DNA of 64,000 bases from Candidatus Wenzhouxiangella sp. M2_3B_020 (GTDB lineage Bacteria > Pseudomonadota > Gammaproteobacteria > Xanthomonadales > Wenzhouxiangellaceae). The stretch spans positions 8,164 to 72,163 of the forward strand of contig JBPRGD010000097.1 of assembly GCA_051428125.1 (NCBI GenBank), in the 5' to 3' direction. Of this stretch, positions 19,052 through 29,483 are shown one piece after another. Positions within the stretch are counted from its first letter, which is position 1. Every line of letters starts with the position of its first letter. Position numbers and translations under genes: made by a program. The notes under the pieces are model-generated. The model saw nothing but the letters and a program-made list of their open reading frames with translations, did not search any database and had not been told where the DNA came from.

Positions 19052-19543
19052 ATGCAGTACAGTGTTTCCTTCAAGTCGATTATCGGAGCCGTGATCTTCG
19101 CCGGCGCAGTTTCGCTGCTGACAGGCTGCGGCGGAGACGATCAGGCCGAAGGCGATGGCGCCGACGAGATCGCTGCCTCTCCGCAGATGATCGATCGCGA
19201 TGCGCCCGGCGAACGAACGCAGGCGAAGCCGGAGCCGTCGCCGGAGGAGGATTTCCGCGTGGTCCCGGAAGTCACCAGCCAGAGCGAAGAGGAAGGGATG
19301 GGACTGGAGACCATCATCAACGCCAGCAGCAAGAGGGCCTATGCCGAGAGCATGCGCTGGATCGCCGAAGACGTCTCGCGCGAGCAACTCAACGAGCTGG
19401 AGCAGTCGATCCGTTTCGTCCACATGTACGATTCGTCGGTCTTCGGCAGCGAAAAGCGCCTGCTCGAATATATCGACGGCAAGACCGGGCGGGAAATCAT
19501 CGAGCGGGCGAGCGAGTTGCGCGAGAAGCACAAGTGGCAATGA
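19052..19543 (+). CDS. Hypothetical acidic lipoprotein
   Basis: AGGAG SD; lipobox LTG-C. Confidence 0.8.
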   Translation: MQYSVSFKSIIGAVIFAGAVSLLTGCGGDDQAEGDGADEIAASPQMIDRDAPGERTQAKPEPSPEEDFRVVPEVTSQSEEEGMGLETIINASSKRAYAESMRWIAEDVSREQLNELEQSIRFVHMYDSSVFGSEKRLLEYIDGKTGREIIERASELREKHKWQ

Positions 19544-19597
19544 ACTGCGCGCCATCGGCGGATTCCCCGACCGGAATCCGCCGGGCCGATCGGCCGA

Positions 19598-19804
19598 TCA
19601 TGGCAGGCCGGGAACCCCGGCCCATACCGCGACGCAGACCGGCAGCAGCGCCCATCCGATAACGCCGGCAAGACCGGCCAGTTCGCGCGTCAATTGCCTC
19701 AGCCCGACGCTTACCTCACCGCGGCGCCTGAAGCGCGCCTGCACGATTCCGTTCGCCCGGATCGCATCCTTCATGTTCGTCTCCACGACTTGGCGTGGAT
19801 CCAT
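19598..19804 (-). CDS. Possible small membrane protein (68 aa)
   Basis: ORF downstream of pmbA ending in a hydrophobic segment (LAGLAGVIGWALLPVCVAVWAGV). No family recognised. Confidence 0.4.
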   Translation of the reverse strand: MDPRQVVETNMKDAIRANGIVQARFRRRGEVSVGLRQLTRELAGLAGVIGWALLPVCVAVWAGVPGLP

Positions 19805-19864
19805 GAAAGCGCATGCCGCTCTCAAAAGCTGAGAAACCCGGAGCGCGCACCTTGCCGCGGCCTT

Positions 19865-21250
19865 CTATGCCTCGTCCGCGGCCTGTCCCGCCACCGTCAT
19901 CTCGCCGATCAGCAGCGAAGGCACCTGGACGTTGCGACGCGTCTCGAGGTCGCTGCCGGCGGCCTGCAGACCGGCGAGCATCGCCCGCAGATTGCCGGCG
20001 ATGGTGATCTCCTCGACCGGGTACGCGATCTCGCCGTCCTCGACCCAGTAGCCCGAAGCGCCGCGGGAATAGTCCCCGGTCACGAGGTTCACTCCCTGGC
20101 CCATCACCTCGGTCACGACCAGCCCGCGGCCCATTCCGGCAATCAATTCATCGAACGAGGATCGGCCGGGCCGGAAGATCAGGTTGCGCACGCCGCCGGC
20201 ATTGCCGGTGGTCTGCAGGCCGAGCTTGCGCGCCGAGTAGCTGCCCAGCACGTAGCGTTCCAGCCTTCCGTCGGCGACCAGCGGCGCCGGTTTCGTGGCC
20301 ACGCCCTCGGCGTCGAAGGAACTCGAGCGCGGGCCCTCGGCGAGGTGCGGATCCTCGACGATCTCCACCCAGTCGGGAAGGATCGACGAACCCGCGGCGT
20401 CGACCAGGAAGCTCGCGCGCCGATAGAGATTGCCGCCGGACACGGCACCGACGAGGTGACGGATCAGCGTCAACGCGACGTCGGACTCGAACAGCACCGG
20501 AATCCTGCCGGAGGGCACCGACCGTGCGCCCAGACGGCGCAAGGCTCGCAGCGCGGCACCTTCACCCGTTCGGGCCGGATCGGCGAGCCGGTCGTAGCGG
20601 CCCTGTTCGTCCCAGTCCCAGTCCCGCTGCATTCCCGAGGCATTCTTCGCGACCAGGACGCAGGACTGGCCGTATCGGGTCCTGCGGTTGCTGCCTACGA
20701 AGCCGTGGCTGTTCGCATAAAGCCCGATGGAGGCCTCGACCGATACCGACGCCCCCTCCGAATTGTCCAGGCGTTCGTCGAGATCCATTCCGGCCGCCTC
20801 GATCTCCCGGGCCCGGGCGATCAAATCGTCCATCTCGACGCCGGCGGGGTGCCAGAGCCCGAAGTCCTCGACGTCGGTCGCCATGAAGTCGGCGTCGGCA
20901 AGTCCGCCGGCCGGGTCCGGTTGCGTGTGACGCGCGATCGCGAGGGCCTTTTCGACCGTGCGCGCCAGCGACTCGCGGCCCAGATCGGCGGTCGAGGCGC
21001 TGCCGCTGGCCCGGCCCATGTATACCGTGACCGAAAGGCCGCGGTCGCGGGCATCCTCGAGCACGTCGATCTCGCCCAGCCTGACCGTGACGTTGCGTTC
21101 ATGACCGGCCGAAACGCTGACTTCGGCCTGGTCGGCTCCGCCCTTGCGGGCCGCGGTCAACACGGCCTCGGCGGCATCGGCCAGGTTCGCGCGCTCGGAT
21201 TCGGGACGATCCATCAGCGTGGCGTCGTGCCGACTGGTCACCTCGTTCAT
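19865..21250 (-). CDS. pmbA: Metalloprotease PmbA (TldE)
   Basis: [39 protein letters not shown]; adjacent to tldD. Confidence 0.95.
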   Translation of the reverse strand: MNEVTSRHDATLMDRPESERANLADAAEAVLTAARKGGADQAEVSVSAGHERNVTVRLGEIDVLEDARDRGLSVTVYMGRASGSASTADLGRESLARTVEKALAIARHTQPDPAGGLADADFMATDVEDFGLWHPAGVEMDDLIARAREIEAAGMDLDERLDNSEGASVSVEASIGLYANSHGFVGSNRRTRYGQSCVLVAKNASGMQRDWDWDEQGRYDRLADPARTGEGAALRALRRLGARSVPSGRIPVLFESDVALTLIRHLVGAVSGGNLYRRASFLVDAAGSSILPDWVEIVEDPHLAEGPRSSSFDAEGVATKPAPLVADGRLERYVLGSYSARKLGLQTTGNAGGVRNLIFRPGRSSFDELIAGMGRGLVVTEVMGQGVNLVTGDYSRGASGYWVEDGEIAYPVEEITIAGNLRAMLAGLQAAGSDLETRRNVQVPSLLIGEMTVAGQAADEA

Positions 21251-22677
21251 TCCGTTCCCCCGACCGTCAGCCCGTCGATCCGCAGCGTCGGCTGACCGAC
21301 CCCCACCGGCACGCCCTGCCCCTCCTTGCCGCAGACCCCGACGCCCGAATCCAGCTCGAGGTCGTTGCCGACCATGGCCACGCGGGTCAATACATCCGGG
21401 CCGTTGCCGATCAGGGTGGCACCCTTGAGAGCAGGCCCGAGCTTGCCGTTCCTGATGCGGTAGGCCTCGGAGGCGACGAACACGAACTTGCCCGACGTGA
21501 TGTCGACCTGACCGCCGTTGAAATTGACCGCGTAGACGCCGTCGTCCACCGACGCGATGATCTCACCGGGGTCGTGCTCGCCGGGCATCATGTAGGTATT
21601 GGTCATTCGCGGCAGCGGCAGGTGCGCGAAAGACTCCCGCCGGCCGTTGCCGGTCGGGCGGGCGCCCATCGCGCGGGCATTGAGCTTGTCCTGCATCAGC
21701 CCGGTCAGGCGCCCGTTCTCGATCAGCACGTTGCGGGCGCTCGGCGTGCCCTCGTCGTCGATGGACAGCGACCCCCGTCGCTTTTCCAGCGTGCCGTCGT
21801 CGACGACGGTGCAATGCTCCGTGGCGATTCGCTCTCCCATCCGGCCGGTGAACGCGGAAATGCCCTTGCGGTGAAAGTCTCCCTCCAGGCCATGGCCGAT
21901 GGCTTCGTGCAGCAGCACGCCGGGCCACCCCGGGCCGAGCACCACCTTCATGAATCCGGCCGGGGCATCCACGGCCTCCAGGTTGACCAGCGCCTGGCGT
22001 ACGGCCTCGTCGGCGAAATGCTGCCAGGCTTCGGGTCGCATCAGTTCGGCCAGGTCGTACCGCCCGCCGCCGCCGGCGTTGCCCGATTCGCGCCGATCGC
22101 CCTGCTCGGCGATGACCCGTACGTCCAGGCGGATCAGCGGACGTACGTCGCCGGCCAGCGTGCCGTCGCTGGCAGCGATCAGCACCGATTCGTGCTGACA
22201 GGACAGCGAAACGTTGACCTGCGTGATCCGCGGATCCAGCGAGCGCGTGTACGCGTCGATGGTCCGCAACAGGTCGACCTTGCTCGCGGAGTCCGCCACC
22301 TCGACGGGGTTGTCGGGCGCGTAGAGCGCTCTGGCCTCCACCGGACGGGCCACCGCGGTCGATCCCGAACGACCGGACCGTGCGATGGCCCTGGCGTTGC
22401 CGGCGGCCTGCTGGAGCGCTTCCCGATCGATGGCATCGGCATAGGCGAAGCCGGTGCCGGTCCCCGCGATGGCGCGCACGCCCACGCCCTGGTCGATGTC
22501 GAAGCTGCCGGACTTGACGATGCCGTCCTCGAGCACCCAGCTCTCGGATTGCCGATTCTGGAAGTAGAGATCCCCCAGATCGACGCGGCCTTCGAGCAAG
22601 CGGCCCAGGACGCGCTCCAGGTCGCCGTGGTCCAGCCCGCCGGGCTTGAGCAGGGTGTTCGTTGCCGATTCGAGCAT
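21247..22677 (-). CDS. tldD: Metalloprotease TldD
   Basis: [42 protein letters not shown]. Confidence 0.97.
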   Translation of the reverse strand: MLESATNTLLKPGGLDHGDLERVLGRLLEGRVDLGDLYFQNRQSESWVLEDGIVKSGSFDIDQGVGVRAIAGTGTGFAYADAIDREALQQAAGNARAIARSGRSGSTAVARPVEARALYAPDNPVEVADSASKVDLLRTIDAYTRSLDPRITQVNVSLSCQHESVLIAASDGTLAGDVRPLIRLDVRVIAEQGDRRESGNAGGGGRYDLAELMRPEAWQHFADEAVRQALVNLEAVDAPAGFMKVVLGPGWPGVLLHEAIGHGLEGDFHRKGISAFTGRMGERIATEHCTVVDDGTLEKRRGSLSIDDEGTPSARNVLIENGRLTGLMQDKLNARAMGARPTGNGRRESFAHLPLPRMTNTYMMPGEHDPGEIIASVDDGVYAVNFNGGQVDITSGKFVFVASEAYRIRNGKLGPALKGATLIGNGPDVLTRVAMVGNDLELDSGVGVCGKEGQGVPVGVGQPTLRIDGLTVGGTE

Positions 22678-22728
22678 GTTCGGATTCCTTGCGGGGTGAA
22701 AGCGATATTCGGGTGAATCGCCTGCGAT

Positions 22729-25700
22729 TCAACCGTTGCCGTCGGCCGGCCCGGTGCGCACCTCCACCGGCTGGATAACGGGATCGTCCCAGTCGCCGGT
22801 CACCGAATAGCGAATTTCCGAGATTCCCTGGATGGGCCCGGAAAAGATCTGTTGAAGCGCCGCACCCGCCGCCGCGCCGACCGGCCCGCCGGCCAGGGCT
22901 CCGATGATGGGCAGCGCCGAGCTCACGCCCGGACGGACCACCAGCGTCTGGTCGTAGGTGCGCGCTTCGAGATCGGTGCGGCCGCGCATCCGGATTTCCG
23001 CCGCGGGCGCATCGATGCGCAGGTCCTCGGTGCTCGCCACGCCGTCGGCAAGAACGAAGCGCCCGGCGACCCGGTCGAACGACAGCCCCTCGCCGAACAC
23101 GTCGGAAAAATCGAGCCGCAGGCGACGCGGAATCGAATTCAGGCTGACCAGCCCGAGGATTCTCCCCGCCCCGGGGCTGGCTTCGGGAATCACCCCTTCG
23201 GTGACGACCAGCTCGATGTCACCCTCGAAGCGCGGCAGGGACAGATCAAGAGGACTTCCGGGCCAGCGGCCGTCCAGCTCGATCACGGCGCGGCCGTCCT
23301 GCAGCGCGATGTCGAAGCCCGCCCGGGTCAGGGTCGCGCCAAGATCCCGCGTCGAAAAGCGCAGGCGCATCCGGCTGAACGGCTGCGAAGCGTCCGCAAT
23401 CCAGGCTCCGCTGCCCGAAAGCTCCAGGCCGTCCCGGCGGCTGGATACCTGCTCGATCTGCAGCCCCGCCTCGTCGCGGTGCGAGTTGACGCGGAACTCG
23501 CCCAGGTCGAGGTCTCCCCAGCGCAGTTCGCGAATCACGACGTCCACGGGCGGCATCGCGACCGGGCTGGCGCGGGAGGGGGCGGGCGGCCCGTCACCGG
23601 CCTCGCGCTTCGCGGCCGGCCAGTGGACACGCTGCAGGTCCGCGATCACCGATGGGTCGGCCGCCGGGGTCGCGGGGAAGCGCACCGCGCCGTCGAGACG
23701 CTCGCCCGAGGCGCTCAGGCGCCAGTATTCCCCCTCCCGGTTCAGAACGGCATCGACCGCGCCCATCGACCGTTTTCCGACGATCAGCTCCCCGACGTCG
23801 ATGTCCAGCCAGCCGGTCCGGCCCTGCCCGCGCCCCGCCGTGCCGTCTGCGACGGTTCCCAGAGCGCCGCCGAGCAGCGCGGCCCAGGCATCGACCTCGA
23901 ACTGCGGGACCCGGCCCTCGACAACGAAGTTCTCGGCCGCCGGCAGGCCGGCCTCGGCGCCGCCCAGGGCCAGGCCGAGCTGCCAGTAGTCGCCGGTCGC
24001 CAGCCAGGTGCCGGAAACCAGGTCGGCCAACGAGAAATTCGTCGGGACCAGGGCCTCGTCCAGCGGCAGGTACAGCCGGAGTGGCCACGATTCATTCGCA
24101 CGCTTGTCCAGCGGCGCCGGCAGCGTCGATTCGACGCCTTCGAGATCACTGGTCAGCGTCATTCCGAAACTGCCGTCCGGCTCGGCGGCAAATTCGGCCC
24201 GGTAGTCGGCGGTGCCGGTCAAGTGTTCGAAGAGGTCCGGGTTGGACGCGCGCCAGCTGCGTGGCACGATTCCGACTACGGGAAAATCGCCTTGCAGCGT
24301 GAACCGGAACGGCGGGCCGAGCGAGCTGTCCAGCCTCAGCCGCACCGGCTCGCCGGAGACCGTCGCGTCCAGTTCGGCCGGTCCGATGCGGTCGCGCGTG
24401 AACGGCAGCGCACCGCGCAGCGCGTTGACGCCCAGCCCGATTTCGGGCAGTCGCATCGAACTTCCGCCAAACTCGACGGTGCCGAGCAGCCGCCAGTCGC
24501 GGCGGTGTCGGACCGGGAACCAGACCTCCGCGCGCGCGCCTGCCGGGCCGGCCCAGGACATGGCGTCCATCGCCATGCGCGCTGCCTCCAGCGGAAGCGC
24601 ACTCGCCAGTTCGGCGAGCCCCCCGGCGGAAGCGCCGTCCCGCGTTTCCAGCGTGAGCTCGATTTCCGCGTTGCGCGCCTCGGCAATCCGCACCCGCGGC
24701 GCCCGGAGTTCGACACCGGCGACGCGACCGCGCTCGGCGGCGCCGCGCATCGACTCGCCGGAAAACTCTACCGTGCCGTCGATGTCCTCGGCCACCGGCC
24801 AGCCGCGTGCATAGGCCAGGCGGAGACCCGTAAACGAGATCAGGCTGTTGATCGAACCCGGCGGCGCGTGCCGGGGCCAGGCGCGCGGCTTGCCGAACAG
24901 GGTCGTCACCGCCCGCCCCCGCTCGACGCCGATCAGCGCGTCGTCCAGCCAGTTGCGGGTCTTCGCCGGTATACCGCGGCGCGGCAGCCAGCGTCTCGGA
25001 TCCTCGGGCGTCAGCCGTGGCGCGTCGATGACCAGGTCGACGAACGGACCATCCCCCGGCAAGACAACGGTACCGTCGACCGTCGCGGCGACGGCCGGGT
25101 GCGAGAAACGGAACCCCCGGAATCCGATGCGACCGGCCTCCAGCGTCAGCGCGCCGGAGACCGATTCGAATTCCAGCGGCTCGGCATAAAGCGCCGGCAC
25201 TTCGACGACGGCGCTGCCGGAAGGACGGAGAAGCAACCGGTCTCCGGCCAGCCCGATATCGACATCGACGCCGGTCAAGGACATTCCATCGAGACCGATG
25301 TACAACGCCTCCACGCGCCCGGACGCGGCATGGACCGAGTTTGCAGGGCCGATTCCCAACCGGAGCGCCCGCGCGGTGCCCGAAAGCCGCTCCGGCCAGC
25401 CTGTCCGGGCGCCCAGCCAGGAATCCAGCGCCGTGTGCAGCCAGGCCAGGTCGACGTGGTCGGCGGCGACGGCCCGGTACGGACCGGAGCGGCCGAACGC
25501 CAATCCGTCGACCAGCGGCGTGGCGTCCGAACCGGTTTCCCGTGCGTTGATCTCGGCCCGGAACACGGACCCGCGCCAGATCGCGTCGAGCGTCATCCGG
25601 CTGGCCGGAACGTCCGCCGGGCCGGGCTCCGCCATCTCGACCAGCGCATGTACGCGCGCTGCCGATCCGCGCCGCCATTCCATCCAGGCCTCGGCCCGGA

Positions 25701-26463
25701 ACCGGCTATCCGGCGCGGACGGGAATGGAAGCACATCCCCCAGCACCGGCAGGGAAAGATCGGCCGTGCGGGCATGGCCGCGCAGCGACTCCAACCCGGC
25801 CTCGGACGTGAATCCCGTCAACCGAACGTCGAGCGAAGCGTCGTTGCCGTCGGCGGACTCGGCCCGCAGCCGGATTCCGACCCGGTCGCCGGTGCGGGTC
25901 AGGTGCGCCTCGGGCACGGACCAGTCCAGCGGCGGAAGATCCCGCGGCGCGATCCGGATTCCGGATTCGCGCAGCACGAGGTCGCCCGCCGAGAGTCCAC
26001 GTTGCCAGTCGGCGGCCAGGTTGCCGCCCTGGTCGACGCGCCAGCTCCAGCGACCGTCGGCGTCCTGGGACAACACCATTTCCACGCCCAGCGCCGCCAG
26101 TTCGAAGCTGTTGCGACCCGGCCGAACCAGGTTGTAGAGACGGATCTCCAGGCGTGCCCGATCCACCGACAGCAGGCGCTGTTCGGCCGGACCGATACGG
26201 AGACCGCGCAGATCGATGCGCGGAGAAAGACGCGGCCAGCTCGCTTCGATGCGCTCGATGCGCACGGGCTGATCCAGTTGGCTCGCGAGATAGCGCTCTA
26301 GGAACGGCCGGAACGAATCGGCGTACGGCGCCAGCAACCGTCCGATGCTGACCAGCACGGCCGATGCGATCACGAACCAGACCAGCAGTTTCCAGAAGGT
26401 CCGGCGGGCACGCCGAAGCGCGCGCAGCGTCCGACGTCGCTTCGAGCGTGCCGGTTCGGTCAA
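22729..26463 (-). CDS. yhdP: AsmA-family intermembrane lipid transporter YhdP
   Basis: About 1244 aa; N-terminal TM; C-terminal GAGRILGLVSLNSIPRRLRLDFSDVF...YSVTGDWDDP; TTG start overlaps the rng stop; rng-yhdP-tldD synteny. Confidence 0.9.
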   Translation of the reverse strand: MTEPARSKRRRTLRALRRARRTFWKLLVWFVIASAVLVSIGRLLAPYADSFRPFLERYLASQLDQPVRIERIEASWPRLSPRIDLRGLRIGPAEQRLLSVDRARLEIRLYNLVRPGRNSFELAALGVEMVLSQDADGRWSWRVDQGGNLAADWQRGLSAGDLVLRESGIRIAPRDLPPLDWSVPEAHLTRTGDRVGIRLRAESADGNDASLDVRLTGFTSEAGLESLRGHARTADLSLPVLGDVLPFPSAPDSRFRAEAWMEWRRGSAARVHALVEMAEPGPADVPASRMTLDAIWRGSVFRAEINARETGSDATPLVDGLAFGRSGPYRAVAADHVDLAWLHTALDSWLGARTGWPERLSGTARALRLGIGPANSVHAASGRVEALYIGLDGMSLTGVDVDIGLAGDRLLLRPSGSAVVEVPALYAEPLEFESVSGALTLEAGRIGFRGFRFSHPAVAATVDGTVVLPGDGPFVDLVIDAPRLTPEDPRRWLPRRGIPAKTRNWLDDALIGVERGRAVTTLFGKPRAWPRHAPPGSINSLISFTGLRLAYARGWPVAEDIDGTVEFSGESMRGAAERGRVAGVELRAPRVRIAEARNAEIELTLETRDGASAGGLAELASALPLEAARMAMDAMSWAGPAGARAEVWFPVRHRRDWRLLGTVEFGGSSMRLPEIGLGVNALRGALPFTRDRIGPAELDATVSGEPVRLRLDSSLGPPFRFTLQGDFPVVGIVPRSWRASNPDLFEHLTGTADYRAEFAAEPDGSFGMTLTSDLEGVESTLPAPLDKRANESWPLRLYLPLDEALVPTNFSLADLVSGTWLATGDYWQLGLALGGAEAGLPAAENFVVEGRVPQFEVDAWAALLGGALGTVADGTAGRGQGRTGWLDIDVGELIVGKRSMGAVDAVLNREGEYWRLSASGERLDGAVRFPATPAADPSVIADLQRVHWPAAKREAGDGPPAPSRASPVAMPPVDVVIRELRWGDLDLGEFRVNSHRDEAGLQIEQVSSRRDGLELSGSGAWIADASQPFSRMRLRFSTRDLGATLTRAGFDIALQDGRAVIELDGRWPGSPLDLSLPRFEGDIELVVTEGVIPEASPGAGRILGLVSLNSIPRRLRLDFSDVFGEGLSFDRVAGRFVLADGVASTEDLRIDAPAAEIRMRGRTDLEARTYDQTLVVRPGVSSALPIIGALAGGPVGAAAGAALQQIFSGPIQGISEIRYSVTGDWDDPVIQPVEVRTGPADGNG

Positions 26464-27953
26464 AGCAGGACCACGTCGAACTGCTCCTGGGCGTACTGTT
26501 CCTCCGACTGGAATCGGATGTTTGTGCCCAGTTGCTCGGTGATTTCCGCGAGCGGACCGGTGTATTCGTCGAGCATCTTCTCGACGACCGGCGGCGCGGC
26601 CAGCACCATCAGGCGGCCGGTCTCGAACTGGCGCACCGCGCGCAGGATCTCCCGGAAGATCTCGGAACAGACGGTCTCGGTGGATTTCTGCCAGCCCCGG
26701 CCGCCGCAGTGCGGGCACGGTTCGCAGAGGCGATGCTCCAGGCTCTCGGTCGTGCGCTTGCGCGTCATCTCGACCAGCCCGAGCGGCGAGATGTCCGATA
26801 CCGTGGTGCGTGCCGGATCGCGCGCCAGCGACTGGTTGAGCATGCGCATGACCTGGCGCTTGTGCTCTTCGTCGCTCATGTCGATGAAATCGACGATCAC
26901 GATGCCGCCCAGGTTGCGCAGCCTGAGCTGACGGGCCAGCGCCTGCGCCGCTTCCATGTTGGTCTTGTAGATGGTGTCGGCGAAATTGCGGGTTCCCACG
27001 TAACCGCCGGTGTTGACGTCGATGGTCGTCATCGCCTCGGTCTGGTCGATCGTCAGGTGACCGCCGGACTTCAGCGACACGTTCCGGCGCAGCGCCCGTC
27101 CGATCTCGTCTTCGACGCCGTAGAGATCGAACAGCGGACCGGGACCTGCGAACAGTTCGAGCCGGTCCGACCATTCGCCGATGAACGTTTCGGCGAAACG
27201 CTCGGCCCGGGCGAACGTGTCGGCTTCGTCGAAACGGACCCGTTCGATGCCGGCGTGCATCAGGTCGCGTAGCGCGCGCAGCGCCAGCGAGAGGTCCTCG
27301 TAGATGCAGGTGCCCGGTTCGCAGTCGGATTTCAGCTTTTCGGCCAGGCCCGACCACAAGCGGCGCAGGTAATCCAGGTCGCGGTCGAGCTCGACCAGGC
27401 TCACGCCTTCCGCGTTGGTGCGCACGATGAGCCCCGTGCCGACGCGGTCGTGCTTTTCGAGCATCCGGTCGACGAGTTCGCGGAGCCGGGCTCGCTCCGT
27501 TTCGTTATCGATCCGGAGCGAGACGCCCACCGTGTCCGAATCGGGCAGGTATACGAGGTAACGGGATGGAATGCTCAGCTGGGTCGTCAGCCGGGCGCCC
27601 TTGGATCCCATGGGGTCCTTGATGACCTGCACCGGCAGCCTCTGACCTTCGCGGATCATCTCGTGGATCGGCGGGACCTGGTGTTCTCCCGGCGTGTCGC
27701 CGGCATCGGATTCCAGTTCGGGTCGGGACCTGGCGATTTCCGCGGCGTGCAGGAACGCCGTGCGGCTGAGCCCGATATCGACGAACGCGGCCTGCATTCC
27801 CGGCAGCACGCGCTCGACCCGGCCCATGTAGATGTTGCCCACGTAACTGATGTCGCCGCGGCGCTCGAGGTGCAGTTCCTGCAGCAGGCCGTTCTCGACC
27901 AGGGCGACCCGGCTTTCCGAGGGGGTGACGTTGACCAGCAGCTCGTTGCTCAA
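26460..27953 (-). CDS. rng: Ribonuclease G
   Basis: VGNIYMGRVERVLPGMQAAFVDIG, TIDVNTG, LRNLGGIVIVDFIDM, EQFDVVLL end. Confidence 0.96.
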   Translation of the reverse strand: MSNELLVNVTPSESRVALVENGLLQELHLERRGDISYVGNIYMGRVERVLPGMQAAFVDIGLSRTAFLHAAEIARSRPELESDAGDTPGEHQVPPIHEMIREGQRLPVQVIKDPMGSKGARLTTQLSIPSRYLVYLPDSDTVGVSLRIDNETERARLRELVDRMLEKHDRVGTGLIVRTNAEGVSLVELDRDLDYLRRLWSGLAEKLKSDCEPGTCIYEDLSLALRALRDLMHAGIERVRFDEADTFARAERFAETFIGEWSDRLELFAGPGPLFDLYGVEDEIGRALRRNVSLKSGGHLTIDQTEAMTTIDVNTGGYVGTRNFADTIYKTNMEAAQALARQLRLRNLGGIVIVDFIDMSDEEHKRQVMRMLNQSLARDPARTTVSDISPLGLVEMTRKRTTESLEHRLCEPCPHCGGRGWQKSTETVCSEIFREILRAVRQFETGRLMVLAAPPVVEKMLDEYTGPLAEITEQLGTNIRFQSEEQYAQEQFDVVLL

Positions 27954-28026
27954 TTCAGGATCTCCAAGAGTCGCGGTTCATCATAGCGCCGGGCCGTCGG
28001 CACGGCTTCGGTCGGCGCCGCGACGA

Positions 28027-28608
28027 CTACAGCACACCCGCCCGGCGCAGCAGTGTGGCGGTCTCGAACAGCGGCAGTCCGACCACGCCGCTGTAGCTTC
28101 CCCTGAGCTCGGAAATCCAGGCCGCCGCGCCTCCCTGCACGGCGTAGGCGCCGGCCTTGTCCATCGGTTCTCCGCTTGCCACGTAGCGGTCGATCCACTC
28201 GGCGGGCAACGGTTCGAATCGAACCGTCGTCCGGCTCAGCACCGAGCGCTCGTCTCCGCCCTGCTCCACGAGCGTCACCGCCGACATCACCTCGTGTGAG
28301 CGCCCGGAAAGCGCGGCGAGCATCTCGCGCGCGTTTGCCGGGCTTCCGGGTTTACCGAGCGCTTCGTCATCCAGCACGACCACGGTATCGGAACCGAGGA
28401 CGAAACGGCCGGGACGCCGCGACGCGACGCACCGGGCCTTTTCGGCCGCAAGGCGTCGCACGTGTGCCGAAGCGGATTCTTCGTGCATCGGGCGCTCGTC
28501 GATGTCGGCGGGATCGATCTCGAAGTCGTCCAGCAGCACCGACAGCAGTTCCCTGCGCCGCGGCGAGGCCGAGGCGAGTACGAACGACGACGTGACCGAC
28601 CCGCCCAT
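28027..28608 (-). CDS. maf: Maf-family nucleoside triphosphate pyrophosphatase (YhdE-like)
   Basis: LASASPRRRELL, GSDTVV, EPMDKAGAY, GSYSGVVGLP. Confidence 0.94.
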   Translation of the reverse strand: MGGSVTSSFVLASASPRRRELLSVLLDDFEIDPADIDERPMHEESASAHVRRLAAEKARCVASRRPGRFVLGSDTVVVLDDEALGKPGSPANAREMLAALSGRSHEVMSAVTLVEQGGDERSVLSRTTVRFEPLPAEWIDRYVASGEPMDKAGAYAVQGGAAAWISELRGSYSGVVGLPLFETATLLRRAGVL

Positions 28609-28612
28609 GGTC

Positions 28613-29068
28613 TCAGGCGCGATGATACGGGTGGCCGCTGACCACCGTCCACGCGCGGTAGATCTGTTCGGCCAGGATCACCCGGACCAGCATGTGTGGA
28701 AAGGTGAGCGGGCCCAGCGACCAGTGCTCGTCGCAGGCATCCAGCAGTTCATCGGAATGGCCCGAGGCGCCGCCGATCAGCAGCGAGACCGCGTCGCCAT
28801 CCATCATCCAGCGCTCGAGACGGTCGGCCACGTCGCGGGTCGACCAGCGCGTTCCGCGTTCGTGCAACGCGACCCGGATACCGGGCCGCGGGGCCCGATG
28901 GATCAGTGCACGGCCTTCGCGGTCGTTGACCTCCGAACCCCCTCGCGGCGACTGGACCTCGACGAGCTCGAGCTCGATCTGGCGCGGCATCCGGCGGGCG
29001 TATTCCGTCCAGCCGCGGCCCAGCCAATCGGGCATCGATCGACCGATCGCGACGACCCGGATCTTCAT
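28613..29068 (-). CDS. rlmH: 23S rRNA (m3Psi1915) methyltransferase RlmH
   Basis: LIGGASG, WSLGPLTFPHMLVRVILAEQIYRA, HPYHR. Confidence 0.96.
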   Translation of the reverse strand: MKIRVVAIGRSMPDWLGRGWTEYARRMPRQIELELVEVQSPRGGSEVNDREGRALIHRAPRPGIRVALHERGTRWSTRDVADRLERWMMDGDAVSLLIGGASGHSDELLDACDEHWSLGPLTFPHMLVRVILAEQIYRAWTVVSGHPYHRA

Positions 29069-29083
29069 CGTCGCGCCGGCCGA

Positions 29084-29467
29084 TCAGCGGGACTGGGCCG
29101 GACGTACGCGCGTACTCTCGTCCCAGAGCTTCTCGAGGTTGTAGAAGGCCCGCGTCTGCGGCAGCATCAGGTGAACCACGACGTCGGTGAGGTCGACGAG
29201 CACCCATTCGCCGTCCTGTTGCCCTTCCACGCCCAGCGGTGCCGACAACCCCTCCGACTTGATGCGCATGGACAGCCGGTCGGCCATGGCCTTGTTCTGG
29301 CGGCTGGACGTGCCCGAGGCAACGACCATGAAATCCGCGAACGTGTTGCGTTCGCGCAGATCGAACGCGGAGATGTCCTGCGCCTTGGCGTCTTCGAGCA
29401 CTTCGACGACGAGATCGCGCAGGGCGACGGGGTCGCCCTCGCGAACGGTCTGCTGGTCGGTACTCAT
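29084..29467 (-). CDS. rsfS: Ribosome silencing factor RsfS
   Basis: LEDAKAQDI, MVVASGTSSRQ, WVLVDLTDVVVHLM...RAFYNLEKLW. Confidence 0.96.
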   Translation of the reverse strand: MSTDQQTVREGDPVALRDLVVEVLEDAKAQDISAFDLRERNTFADFMVVASGTSSRQNKAMADRLSMRIKSEGLSAPLGVEGQQDGEWVLVDLTDVVVHLMLPQTRAFYNLEKLWDESTRVRPAQSR

Positions 29468-29483
29468 CGCGTCCAGATTACCA

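Noticed and set aside
19865-22677. tldD/pmbA as part of a RiPP cluster
   Set aside because: Standard rng-yhdP-tldD core context, with no YcaO, precursor or transporter genes.
22729-27357. 1542-aa version of YhdP
   Set aside because: The first ~300 aa overlap rng out of frame. TTG at 26463 gives the expected N-terminal TM.
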